From: Candidatus Omnitrophota bacterium
GTDB taxonomy: Bacteria > Omnitrophota > Gorgyraeia > Zapsychrales > Fredricksoniimonadaceae
Reading direction: 5' to 3'
DNA: 64,000 nt
NCBI GenBank assembly: GCA_028865345.1
Contig: JAGWKL010000009.1
Span: 7,382-71,381, forward strand
The notes below the pieces were generated by a model, which was not told the DNA's origin, ran no database searches, and saw only the letters and a program-made list of their open reading frames with translations. A program made the translations under genes and the position numbers. Shown here piece after piece: positions 51,213-60,627 of the stretch (position 1 is the first letter of the stretch; each line of letters begins with the position of its first letter).

Positions 51213-54200
51213 TTATTGGATAAATTTCAGAAGATTGGGAATGGGCGTAACGCCCACTATGACGCCATACAACCCCTGGGCTTTTAAAAGCATGGCCCCG
51301 AGCGCCTTATTGCTGACGATAGGGCCGAACAAGGAGCCCTGGCGTTGGAGGGTTATATTTGTAAATTTGATACCTCCCGGGTTTGCCATGGCCGCGTCGG
51401 CCCCCTTTAATGTTTGCAATTTGTTTTCGAGGTCTCTAACAAGCCCGCCGACAAACCGCCTGAGGCGGGCTTCTTTTTGCTCCACTGACAATACTTCATC
51501 ATTGTCCAAATTCATGATCCAATCATGCAAGATCCCCGATGCGCCGGAATGGGCAAACAGACCCTCCAGAAACTTTTGGAAATTGCGCCCGAGATAATAT
51601 GACAACAAGGCATTATAGCCAAACCTGTTTTCCAAACTCTTCTCCTCTGCTATAAATGCCTTGATCCCGCTGCCCTTTTCCTCAAAGACCTCCGGCACTC
51701 CAATGACGCTGAACTTGAACGATTTGACGCCGTTGCGCCCCGTATTCAATATCCCATTGATGGTTTGCTGGTCGTCCCCTAAGGCCTCAACGATCCTTTC
51801 CTGTGTATCTTTGTCCAGTTTGGCTTCTCTCTTGCGATGCTCAATGACCATTTCATATTCCTTCAGATAAGCCGCTGAAGTCAGCAAATAATAGGCGATC
51901 CGGTTTAATCGCGGCCCCAAGGCCGCGTTTTGGTAAAACTCCAAATGCTCCGGATCTTTGTTCCATAACCCGATCAATGGTTTATAGACCGTATCCAGCC
52001 ACGCATGGGAAGTGTCTTGTCTGGGCATCAGAATATTCCCCTTGCCGGGGTGGTTGAAATCCACAGGGATGCCCTGATCAGCCAGAACACCGGTCCTCCA
52101 TGTTCCTGAACCCACGTATGCCCCATTGGCTGTTCCGTCTTCTTCCCATGCCCCGTTAGCCTCGTTATCATCCGAGTCCTGGATCTCCACATCGAGCGCC
52201 GCCAAAAAAAGGATCTTCTCTTCCCGTGTGATGCTCTGGACAAACTGAAAACTTCCCGGAAAATCCTGGGGCCTCTTGTTTTTTTCATCAGCGATCTTGT
52301 TTTCCAAACTTTTCAATTCAGCCGCAAGTTTTTCGCTGGCTTCCGTATGCTGGTTGTTCCCCAATAAAACCACGTCATAACCGAGTTGAACCAACATCCA
52401 AATGTTGTCGTCCGTCAAAGCCCTTTGCCGGCCGGCCTTTTCCGGCACAAGGCGGCGGACATAGCCCAACACCGGCCTGTCCAAATCCACGTGCACAAAG
52501 CCGCCGTTGGCGGTCATGATCCCGGCCGCGTTAAGCCTTACTTTGCTTGCTCTTTTTGTCAATGCCTCCTCGCGGGCCGTCGGCCTTTCAAAATCAGCGT
52601 TCTGGGGGATCACATTTTCCTGCTGGAGCTTTTTGAATTCTTCACGGTAGACGGCCGCCATTTCTTCCGGCACCGCGCCGTTTGTCACGGCAACCAGGAC
52701 CGAATTGGGATCATTGCCCCTCATGCGGTCCGCATGGCTGTTGGCCACCGCCCCGAAGAAATCGGCCAGTCTTCCGCCTCCGCTGGTATAATCGATATAC
52801 TGGACCCCGCGCCTAAACGCATTGATATAAAAATCCTTGATCCCCATCATGTGTTTTAGAAAAACATCCACCGCCCATTTAACGTCACCGTTGCCTCCGC
52901 GGTTTAAATCGGTATGCGTGGTATATGCCCATACAATATTTTTAACCGCATCATCCGAGCCGAACCTGCTCATCGTGACCGCTTCCAACGGCCCGAATTG
53001 CCCGTCATTACCATGTACGATGGCCGGTTCCCAGGTCTGTCCCTGCTGTTCCATGGCCTGCCTTCTGTTCGTTTCCAGCCGTTTGATCAACTCGGCGCTG
53101 GCAATGTTCAAAAATGCCATGGACTCTTCTTTACTGACAGGGTTGTTTTTTGCGCTGTAGTTATAAAGCATCTTTGTATAATATGAACTGCCGTCCGCCT
53201 GGACATCGCGGATCAGATAGGTCGCGATACCGTTCTTGTCGATGCCCCTGGCCACCCTCACGTGCACCTGTTTATACCCATTTCCGTCGCTGTTACCGAT
53301 CTGGATATCAAAATCATCAAAATCATTATTCAGGTCCCTGATACCCTGATTGGGGGCCGCATAATCCAGGGGATTGCCGTTGATATCTAATTGATAGTCC
53401 GGTTCGATATAGTTGACATCCGCGCCCAGATCATGCATCCCTTTTCCATGGAATTCCATGACCGGGCCCAGGCCCCCTGTCCAGTAATGGATCTCTGCGG
53501 CCAGCATGTAGATCGCCCGCCCCTGCAAATTCGGCCTTTTGTCCGCCAGCCATGTCTTACGGTCAAAAATGCGGTTCATCAAAAAGATCTTATCGACCAA
53601 TTCCGGCTGTTTTTTGCCTTTGTACTTTTTTTGAAGGGCCTTGATCAGATCGTCTTCCTGAGCTTTGGACAACAGCGTGATCGCCTTTAATACCGGCCAT
53701 GCCGACTGCACAGGATATAACCTTTGGGATTGCACATAAGCAGAATATTTGTCAATAAAGGCATAAAGCCCTGCCCGGTTAAATTTCCCTCTCTTATTCA
53801 AAAGCCCTTTAAGCTCATCCAAAAGACCCCAAGGCCTATTGAGGTCATACCAGTTGGAATATGATTCGGCCGGGGATGGATTAAAAACGACCTGGATATC
53901 CACGTCATTTTCTGTGCCGGCAGCCATGGCCAGGTCGCCATCGGAAGCCCTGGTAAAATGCACGGGCTGATCCACAAAACCGCCCGAAAAATACTTGCGC
54001 GGTATGGGCTGGTTGGAAAAACGGTCCGTCTCTTCTTTGATAAAGTTGAAAACGCCTCTTTTATAAGAAGCCAGATAACGGTGATAGATAAGCTCCTTGT
54101 TTTTGGGGTTATTGAGGTCGATCCCCGAGACTTTATCGCGGCCGGAAAAATCTTTATTGAGGATGGACTGTTTAAAAGCCTCCTGGTACCATTGCGCCAG

Positions 54201-54356
54201 GATGAGCGAATAGAACACCTGTCTTACTCTCGCAAAATTCTTATTTTCATTCACGGCTTTTTCTACGGCAGGAAGCAGGACCTCACGTAAAACCTGTCTG
54301 GATATGTCCTTGGTCTGGGCATTGCCGGCTTGTCCATGGCTTGCATTGCCAATCAC
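51213..54356 (-). CDS. C-terminal part of a large modular protein with a GT-B glucan phosphorylase/glycogen synthase-like domain
   Basis: AAEIHYWTGGLG, HGNDGQ, YTTHT, VTNG, GYVRRLVPEK and EANGAWEEDGTANG. Bounded by DLAMA and DAAMA motifs and a C-terminal GGI-containing tail. Confidence 0.7.
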   Translation of the reverse strand: MIGNASHGQAGNAQTKDISRQVLREVLLPAVEKAVNENKNFARVRQVFYSLILAQWYQEAFKQSILNKDFSGRDKVSGIDLNNPKNKELIYHRYLASYKRGVFNFIKEETDRFSNQPIPRKYFSGGFVDQPVHFTRASDGDLAMAAGTENDVDIQVVFNPSPAESYSNWYDLNRPWGLLDELKGLLNKRGKFNRAGLYAFIDKYSAYVQSQRLYPVQSAWPVLKAITLLSKAQEDDLIKALQKKYKGKKQPELVDKIFLMNRIFDRKTWLADKRPNLQGRAIYMLAAEIHYWTGGLGPVMEFHGKGMHDLGADVNYIEPDYQLDINGNPLDYAAPNQGIRDLNNDFDDFDIQIGNSDGNGYKQVHVRVARGIDKNGIATYLIRDVQADGSSYYTKMLYNYSAKNNPVSKEESMAFLNIASAELIKRLETNRRQAMEQQGQTWEPAIVHGNDGQFGPLEAVTMSRFGSDDAVKNIVWAYTTHTDLNRGGNGDVKWAVDVFLKHMMGIKDFYINAFRRGVQYIDYTSGGGRLADFFGAVANSHADRMRGNDPNSVLVAVTNGAVPEEMAAVYREEFKKLQQENVIPQNADFERPTAREEALTKRASKVRLNAAGIMTANGGFVHVDLDRPVLGYVRRLVPEKAGRQRALTDDNIWMLVQLGYDVVLLGNNQHTEASEKLAAELKSLENKIADEKNKRPQDFPGSFQFVQSITREEKILFLAALDVEIQDSDDNEANGAWEEDGTANGAYVGSGTWRTGVLADQGIPVDFNHPGKGNILMPRQDTSHAWLDTVYKPLIGLWNKDPEHLEFYQNAALGPRLNRIAYYLLTSAAYLKEYEMVIEHRKREAKLDKDTQERIVEALGDDQQTINGILNTGRNGVKSFKFSVIGVPEVFEEKGSGIKAFIAEEKSLENRFGYNALLSYYLGRNFQKFLEGLFAHSGASGILHDWIMNLDNDEVLSVEQKEARLRRFVGGLVRDLENKLQTLKGADAAMANPGGIKFTNITLQRQGSLFGPIVSNKALGAMLLKAQGLYGVIVGVTPIPNLLKFIQ

Positions 54357-55111
54357 AGTCTTTGGGCCTGATAATCTTCGTCCAGCATCACCTTCAAATG
54401 GGCATGAAGGATATAAACCGTGTCCCCCTTTTCATACACCGTCGCCTTCTCGGGAAGTATCCATATCTTATTGATGACATTAACCGGGATCTGGGTGACG
54501 CCGAATTTCCGGTAGGCCTCATCATAGACCTTATTCCAAAACTTCTTGCCCAGACGGCTTTCAGGATAAATAAGAGAGGCCCCCACCTGCTTGAGGATAT
54601 AATCTTCAGCCAGAAGGTCACGGCCTAGCTGGGTCTTGTTCAATACATCGGGAATGATATGGTTCTTCTGGACCGGTGATAAGTTGACCCAAAGGTCTTT
54701 TTCAGGCACCGCCAAAGCCGCCAGGAAATAATTCACCAGGCGCTGTGACGTTTTATGAAAATCTTCAGCGTTTAATCTTTGGTCACCCGGATCAACGATA
54801 AAATCAAAAAGGAAAGGATCATCAGGATGTATCTTCAGGCCTTTGATCAAAACAGGCCTGAAAGGTGGACTTAAATTGACCCTGACCCCTGGTTTTGGCA
54901 AAAGAAACGGTAAGGTGGAAAAATCATCGGACGCCGATTGGGCCCGGGAAGACGGCAGATATATTGACGAGGCGATAAAATTAAATATTATCCAAATGCA
55001 TAAAATGCGTCTCACATTTGTCATGGAAGCCGCCGGCATAGTTAATAATTGAATAATAGGGCCTACTGAAAAGATAGCATATCGAAGATTAAAAAACAAA
55101 TTTTCAAACAA
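54353..55111 (-). CDS. N-terminal part of the same modular protein (signal/TM segment plus conserved-looking domain), separated by a frame change
   Basis: Hydrophobic N-region, PFLFDFIVD, LWVNLSP, LLAEDYILKQ and HLKVMLDEDY. GTGA overlap with the next ORF. Start uncertain. Confidence 0.7.
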   Translation of the reverse strand: MFENLFFNLRYAIFSVGPIIQLLTMPAASMTNVRRILCIWIIFNFIASSIYLPSSRAQSASDDFSTLPFLLPKPGVRVNLSPPFRPVLIKGLKIHPDDPFLFDFIVDPGDQRLNAEDFHKTSQRLVNYFLAALAVPEKDLWVNLSPVQKNHIIPDVLNKTQLGRDLLAEDYILKQVGASLIYPESRLGKKFWNKVYDEAYRKFGVTQIPVNVINKIWILPEKATVYEKGDTVYILHAHLKVMLDEDYQAQRL

Positions 55112-55506
55112 AAAAATGCGGTATAACGTTAAGGCGGGATTTATTGAACTTAGATAAAAGGATCGAAGTTGCCGGCACCTCCTATCCCTCGAGGGGCATA
55201 TTTACATCCCTTTTTTTCACATTCCATGTCTTTATCCGAACATTTTTTTATGCGCCAGGAGATGGCATCTTTTCTGCCTATTTCCGAGACAGCCTCTTTC
55301 ATAAGAGTGATCGTTTTACTTTTAAAATTACAATGAATATTAACAAATTGTGTTTTGTACATTTTTCTACCCAAAAAAACAGCCTTTTCTCCCAAACGGA
55401 AGAAAAGGCAACGGCTTTTCTTTGACTTGTCCTTATAACAATAGTCCTAACAGGAACCTATGTCAAAAGTATTTTTATAGGGTGTCAATGCCAAACTTGT
55501 ACCATA

Positions 55507-55929
55507 TCAAAGATCAAACGATTTTAGCAATTTGGCCGTGGGGTATGTTTCTAAATGAGGGATATTTTCAAAATCTTTATCATTGGACCAAATAGGTATG
55601 CCCTTAGCAAGTGCTAAAGCTGCCAGAGGAATGTCATCCATATCTCTTTGACCAATATATGTTTTAGCCTGAGTTAATTTAGATTTATATTCATCTTCTC
55701 CAATTATCTTGACTGGCAGCATTTTAAATTGCACCCATAAAGCTTTAAGATCGATATGGTATTTTGCGCCGAGAAAAGGAAGATAATCCTCAACCTCTCC
55801 GGCATTAAACTCGGTGGTCAGGATTTCAAGGTTTGTTCGGGTAAAAACCTTCAGCGCGGCATGACCAATAACTGCAGAAAGTAAAACATTACTGTCTGCT
55901 GCGACGCTTTTTAAAGACTTTGAAGTCAT
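55507..55929 (-). CDS. PIN-domain (VapC-like) toxin
   Basis: ADSNVLLS, DMDDIP and IWSNDKDF acidic residues. Confidence 0.9.
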   Translation of the reverse strand: MTSKSLKSVAADSNVLLSAVIGHAALKVFTRTNLEILTTEFNAGEVEDYLPFLGAKYHIDLKALWVQFKMLPVKIIGEDEYKSKLTQAKTYIGQRDMDDIPLAALALAKGIPIWSNDKDFENIPHLETYPTAKLLKSFDL

Positions 55930-56155
55930 CTAAAATTTCTTTCTCAGTTACTTTTTTCTGACTTAATGCTGAAGCGATTCTGCCGCCCATTTGAGCCACG
56001 AATTCCTTCTTTAACTCAATAGGAAGCTTGGCAGATTCTTCTAAAGGCAGAAAACAGCCCACCATTTTGCCATGGTTGGTCACCAAAACCATTTCTCCTT
56101 CTTTGCCATACTCTGCCAGGGAACTTCTGAATTCACGAATAGAAGCTAATTTCAT
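55889..56155 (-). CDS. Phd/YefM-type antitoxin
   Basis: MKLASIREFRSSLAEY...VLVTNHGKMVG. Overlaps the PIN gene. Confidence 0.82.
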   Translation of the reverse strand: MKLASIREFRSSLAEYGKEGEMVLVTNHGKMVGCFLPLEESAKLPIELKKEFVAQMGGRIASALSQKKVTEKEILDDFKVFKKRRSRQ

Positions 56156-56176
56156 AATTTTTACCTCCCGAGCCCA

Positions 56177-56219
56177 ACTATAGCACACAAAATAAAATGT
56201 GTCAAATATGTGTACACAT
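56177..56219 (-). promoter_or_regulatory. Promoter and operator of the Phd-PIN TA operon
   Basis: Minus-strand TTGACA-17-TATAGT with extended -10 TG. Palindrome ATGTGTACACAT at 56208-56219. Confidence 0.75.
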
Positions 56220-56250
56220 TATTCTTGTGTTTAGGCTGTAGCTTGTCCTT

Positions 56251-56502
56251 TTACTTGGCCAATCTATTGTAAAGCCAGGCAAAGACAGCACAACCGATAC
56301 CGGCATCCAAAAAGGCCCAGGCTGCGCCAAAGATGCTTCCGGGAATAGTTGCAGAGTAACCGATATAGAAAGTCCCCAGCGCGGCCACAAATTTGGCGCA
56401 ATAACCGCAAGTCATCGCCGAAATACCCATGATGAAAACCCCGGCACTCCAAAGGATGCCCCCTGCCAGCCCAAAAGCTTTTATATCCAGTTTTCCGTTC
56501 AT
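56251..56502 (-). CDS. Small membrane protein of a family often annotated as holin-like
   Basis: AFGLAGGILW...YIGY....GSIFG..WAFLD..AWLYN. Family recognised from memory. Confidence 0.6.
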   Translation of the reverse strand: MNGKLDIKAFGLAGGILWSAGVFIMGISAMTCGYCAKFVAALGTFYIGYSATIPGSIFGAAWAFLDAGIGCAVFAWLYNRLAK

Positions 56503-56583
56503 GTTCCCCCCTTTTTATTTGCTTCGGTATGATCTTAGTAAGAATTTGGCTTGGTATTACAAAAGTTGTATAATAAAGATGCC

Positions 56584-57024
56584 ATGAGATTAAAAATTAT
56601 TATATTTTCAGCTTTTTTCATGCTCATAGCCCTTCCCGCTTCCTTTGCCTGGCGGGATGCGGACGGCTATTGGGGCCCAAACGGCTATTGGCATTATTAC
56701 GGAAGCGGACGCGACCAGCCTTATTCCTATTACATCGATGAATATTATTCTCCCGGATTTGTCCATTATCCGTTGGTCGACCCGGACTTTATTGCCTACG
56801 TCAATACTACAGCGGTGCCTGCGGTTTCCCCCCTGGCCCCGCAACTACAGATCCCTGTTGCGCCCCCTCAGCAAAATGAATTTACGGTCAATATCCCCAA
56901 TGACCACGGAGGCTATACGCCTGTTCTTATAAAAAGATCGGGCAATGGATACACCGGCCCCCAAGGTGAATTTTATTACACCTTTCCCGCCGTGTCGCAA
57001 CTTAAGTTGATGTACGGAAAATAA
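56584..57024 (+). CDS. Exported Tyr/Pro-rich hypothetical protein
   Basis: Signal peptide (ASFA) and C-terminal FTVNIPN..GGY...GPQGEFY domain. Confidence 0.7.
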   Translation: MRLKIIIFSAFFMLIALPASFAWRDADGYWGPNGYWHYYGSGRDQPYSYYIDEYYSPGFVHYPLVDPDFIAYVNTTAVPAVSPLAPQLQIPVAPPQQNEFTVNIPNDHGGYTPVLIKRSGNGYTGPQGEFYYTFPAVSQLKLMYGK

Positions 57025-57027
57025 TTT

Positions 57028-57468
57028 TTATTTTTTCTTCGGCGCCGCTTTTTTCTTCACAGCGGTCTTTTTAGCTGCTGCCGGCTTTTTCTTGGGGCCG
57101 GCCTTGGGTGCTTGCTTGGGCGCCTGGATAAAAGAAGGGGCCATATTGGGATTATGGTCCTCCGCCCTGATGGGGCCATTGCCCCTTTTTCTTAAAGCAA
57201 AGCATTCCTTGCAATATACCGGACGGCCTTCGGCAGGTTTAAAAGGCAGGGATGCCTCTTTGCCGCAGTCGGCACAGGTGATCTTGTACATGACCTTTGC
57301 AAGACGCTGCTGTTGAGCGTTCATGGCCGGATTTTGAGGCTGGGACATCAACACGGGGGTGGCCATCACGCGGCCCATGACAAGGTCCAGTTTTTTGTCC
57401 AGCGAAGAGATCTGTTCCTGAATCTTGGAGATCAATTCCAAAATTTCTGATTCTGTCTGTGCCTTCAT
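57028..57468 (-). CDS. CxxC-x17-CxxC domain protein with Lys/Ala-rich tail
   Basis: CADCGKEASLPFKPAEGRPVYCKEC. Confidence 0.88.
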   Translation of the reverse strand: MKAQTESEILELISKIQEQISSLDKKLDLVMGRVMATPVLMSQPQNPAMNAQQQRLAKVMYKITCADCGKEASLPFKPAEGRPVYCKECFALRKRGNGPIRAEDHNPNMAPSFIQAPKQAPKAGPKKKPAAAKKTAVKKKAAPKKK

Positions 57469-57947
57469 GGGGTCAGGACCCCGCCGGTGCTCATGGTTTC
57501 CGTGGTGCTTCCGCCGGTGCTCATGGTTTCCGTGGTAGTCCCGCCGGCAGTCGTATCGGCGTTCATCAAATCCATCAAATCAGCGGAATACTGCTTGGCA
57601 AATTTCGAAGCCAAATATTGCATGCTTTTTACGTTCATATCCAGGTCAACTTCCGTAATAAGATTTAAATCCTTGTCATATTTCATCAATTTATTGCCAT
57701 AAGCGACTATGACCCCGTTATCGACGGGAACCATGGTCGGCTGTCCTATCATCCTGTAAATCACCCCCATCTCAAACAAGGACTCCATAAACTTCTTTAT
57801 TTTTTTCTTGGTCATTTGCGGAGTCATTCCAAGCGGAGGCATTCCCATAGGCCTGCCCATTGCCTTGTATTTATATGGATTTTGGGCAAAAACCGGCGGC
57901 GCGATCATGACCGACGCCAACAGGACCGCAACAAAAACTTTAAACAT
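57465..57947 (-). CDS. Exported Met-rich hypothetical protein
   Basis: Signal peptide (VFA-Q) and a C-terminal TTETMSTGG repeat. Confidence 0.7.
   Translation of the reverse strand: MFKVFVAVLLASVMIAPPVFAQNPYKYKAMGRPMGMPPLGMTPQMTKKKIKKFMESLFEMGVIYRMIGQPTMVPVDNGVIVAYGNKLMKYDKDLNLITEVDLDMNVKSMQYLASKFAKQYSADLMDLMNADTTAGGTTTETMSTGGSTTETMSTGGVLTP
57481..57547. repeat. Intragenic 30-bp tandem repeat
   Basis: CCGCCGGTGCTCATGGTTTCCGTGGT at 57481 and 57511, with a partial third copy at 57541. Confidence 0.85.
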
Positions 57948-57950
57948 AAG

Positions 57951-58208
57951 TCACTCCTTTATCAGTTTCCGGTTGATCGTGGCGGTATCTTCCACCATGT
58001 CCCACTTGGTCCAATACAAATATTCCCCTATGTCGATGCAAATGTAAGAGATCCCCTGCAACGAGATCACATAACCCTTTTTCTTGATTTGATGCACGAA
58101 ATCCTCGAACTCCTGGCGTTTATCTTCTTCACAAACATAAAATTGATGGCTTTGGTCATCACTTGTTTCCCAGCGGATCTTCTGTATGAACGGGTCGGTT
58201 TCTTTCAT
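57951..58208 (-). CDS. Small hypothetical protein
   Basis: About 85 aa. Co-directional with and tightly packed among its neighbours. Confidence 0.5.
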   Translation of the reverse strand: MKETDPFIQKIRWETSDDQSHQFYVCEEDKRQEFEDFVHQIKKKGYVISLQGISYICIDIGEYLYWTKWDMVEDTATINRKLIKE

Positions 58209-58239
58209 TTTTGACAAACAAAAGAAAAGCCTCTGCCCC

Positions 58240-59226
58240 CTATGGATTTTTCTCCATGGAAACGCCGCCTATGGCAGCGGAAGTCAGCTTAAAGAGATTC
58301 TGGATGAATTCCTCGCTATGGCCCTCCGGACGGCCGGGGCCGTTTCGGAAGGAAAGATTCAACACCCCCAAAGCATCATGCCCGACGGCCATGAGGGGCA
58401 TGACGATCGAATACTTGATTTCGGGCCGTTTGAGAAGGTGTTGGATGCGGTTATTGGGATGGGCGCTGTCGATGACCAGCGTTTTTTTCTCTTTCATGGC
58501 AAACCCCGCAAGCCCCTCTTCTTTTTTTAAAGAAGGCCTCGGCACCCACCGTTCATCCAGGCCGCGGGAAACTTTGATCATAAATTCATCGGTCCGGTCA
58601 TCAACGGTCATGATGGAACCGCTTTCGGCCTGGGTCATGAACATGGCCATGTCGAGAATGGCGGTATAAATTTCGTCCATGGGAACGGAAGCTTCTTGCA
58701 GCTTCCTGCGCTCGTAATTGGCCTGCACGGTGTATTGGGAAAGTTCAAAGAGCAATTCCAAGATCGAACGCAGGCTGGTATAGGAAAGTATGCGCACCTG
58801 GTCGATCTCACTCAGGATGTCTTCGGCAAAGCCACCCTGGGCGGCGATCAGGAACTCATATTCCGCGCGTGTAAAGCGCTTATTTAAAATGACCGGCCCC
58901 ACGACAATATAGGCCAGCGGTTTGCCGGGCTGTATCTGCACGGGGATGGCAAAACTGCTTAAGGCCAGAGGGTCCTTATATTCCAGGTATCCTTCAGGAG
59001 AGGCTGTAAACCTGTCCAAAATATTAAACGGTCCGTCCTTGGTTTCATCGGCCCTGGCAGACCTGGCGTATCTGGAGATCAGGCGCCAGCCGTAGGCATC
59101 CGTCTTCGGCGTCAATAAGATCTTTCCATTGATATCGACGATAAAGATATTGGTCTTCAGCACATCGATGAAACTGTGCACGATAGGCTTGAGCTTTTCA
59201 AATTGGATGAGTTCGTTTAAGTCCAT
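58240..59226 (-). CDS. PocR-like sensory domain plus GAF domain protein
   Basis: FAIPV....AYIVVGPV (PocR-like), then GSIMTVD..GLAG..PLM..GVLNL (GAF). Confidence 0.75.
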   Translation of the reverse strand: MDLNELIQFEKLKPIVHSFIDVLKTNIFIVDINGKILLTPKTDAYGWRLISRYARSARADETKDGPFNILDRFTASPEGYLEYKDPLALSSFAIPVQIQPGKPLAYIVVGPVILNKRFTRAEYEFLIAAQGGFAEDILSEIDQVRILSYTSLRSILELLFELSQYTVQANYERRKLQEASVPMDEIYTAILDMAMFMTQAESGSIMTVDDRTDEFMIKVSRGLDERWVPRPSLKKEEGLAGFAMKEKKTLVIDSAHPNNRIQHLLKRPEIKYSIVMPLMAVGHDALGVLNLSFRNGPGRPEGHSEEFIQNLFKLTSAAIGGVSMEKNP

Positions 59227-59241
59227 GATATCAACCGTTGA

Positions 59242-60627
59242 TTATTTGAATGAGATGCCGTATTTTTTCATTTTATTGTAAAGGGTCGTCCTGTTGATGC
59301 CGAGGCTCGCCGCGGTCAGGCTGCGGTTGCCGTTCATTTCTCTTAGCTTGGTCAGGATAAGTTCTTTGGCCGGTTCTTTCAAGCCGTCCTCCAAAGACTG
59401 GTGTACGGTATTCCTTTCCTTACGCTCTGCGGCGTTGAAGGTCACAGGGAGGTCCCGCTTGTTGATGCAATGGGTCTGGGCCATGATCACGGAGCCTTCG
59501 ATCACGTTTTCCAGCTGCCTGATATTGCCGGGCCAGCGGTATTCCATAAAGAGTTTTTTGACCTCGTCAGAAATGCCTTTGACATTTTTATTATTTTTCT
59601 CATTGGAGACCCGGATAAAATGTTCCACCAATAAATTGATATCATCTTTTCTCTGCCTCAAAGGGGCGATGGCAATGGGGATGACATGGATGCGGTAATA
59701 CAAGTCTTCCCTGAATTTCCCCTCTTCCACCAGCTTTTCAAGGTCTTGATTAGTGGCCACGATCACCCGGGCGTCGGTCTTGCGCGTCTGGGTGTCCCCC
59801 ACGCGTTCGTATCCGCCGTCCTGCAATACCCTCAAGAGCTTCACCTGGAGTTCCTGCGAGCAGGTGTCGATTTCATCCAGGAAAATGGTGGCGCCGTCGG
59901 CCAGCTCGAAACGGCCGGCCTTGTCGCGGATGGCGCCTGTAAAAGCGCCCTTCACGTGGCCGAACAACTCGCTTTCCAAAAGCGTTTCAGAAAGGGCGCC
60001 GCAACTGACCTCCACAAAAGGCTTGGCCCTGCGGTTCTGGTCGTGCTGGTGGATGGCGCGGGCGACCAGGCCTTTGCCGGTGCCGCTTTCGCCTGAGATC
60101 ATAATGGTGGCATTGGTCGAAGCCACGGACTCGATAAGCCGGTAGACCTGCTGCATGGCTTCGCTTTGTCCGACGATCCCGTAAAATGTGGACCGTTTTT
60201 TCATTTCCACCATGGCCCTCAGCTCGATGTTTTCCCTCAGGAGCTCTTTTTTTTCGATGATCCTGGCGATGATCAGCTTGATCTCTTCGTCATGGATGGG
60301 CTTGGTGACATAATCAAAAGCATGCTGCTTCATCGCGGAGACGGCCGACTCAATGGTCCCGTAGCCGGTGATCACAATGACCTCGGTGGCCGGAAAATTC
60401 TTTTTAATAAAGCCCAGCAGGTCGATGCCGTCGGCATCGGCAAGCTTGAGGTCGGTGATAACGATGTCAAAAAGGGTTTTGCGGACAAGCTCCTTGGCTT
60501 CCTGCATGGCGGAAGCCATCTGCACCCGGAAGCCTTCGATCTTGAGGATCTCATAAAGCGATTTGCGGATGAGAGGCTCGTCATCAACGATCAAAATATG
60601 GTAATTTTTATAGCGTTCGTCCATCAT
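59242..60627 (-). CDS. NtrC-family sigma54-dependent response regulator
   Basis: REC domain, GESGTGK, GAFTGA, FLDEI, WPGNIRQL and a Fis-type HTH. Confidence 0.96.
   Translation of the reverse strand: MMDERYKNYHILIVDDEPLIRKSLYEILKIEGFRVQMASAMQEAKELVRKTLFDIVITDLKLADADGIDLLGFIKKNFPATEVIVITGYGTIESAVSAMKQHAFDYVTKPIHDEEIKLIIARIIEKKELLRENIELRAMVEMKKRSTFYGIVGQSEAMQQVYRLIESVASTNATIMISGESGTGKGLVARAIHQHDQNRRAKPFVEVSCGALSETLLESELFGHVKGAFTGAIRDKAGRFELADGATIFLDEIDTCSQELQVKLLRVLQDGGYERVGDTQTRKTDARVIVATNQDLEKLVEEGKFREDLYYRIHVIPIAIAPLRQRKDDINLLVEHFIRVSNEKNNKNVKGISDEVKKLFMEYRWPGNIRQLENVIEGSVIMAQTHCINKRDLPVTFNAAERKERNTVHQSLEDGLKEPAKELILTKLREMNGNRSLTAASLGINRTTLYNKMKKYGISFK

Noticed and set aside
55144-55506. 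Short ORFs and a possible sigma54 promoter (minus-strand TGGTAC-N5-TGGCA near 55489-55504)
   Set aside because: AT-rich intergenic DNA, ORFs without motifs, and the sigma54 match deviates in both boxes.
56251-56502. Prophage suggested by the holin-like gene
   Set aside because: No endolysin, structural, terminase or integrase genes are nearby.
57481-57547. CRISPR-like repeats
   Set aside because: An in-frame 30-bp coding tandem repeat without spacers or cas genes.
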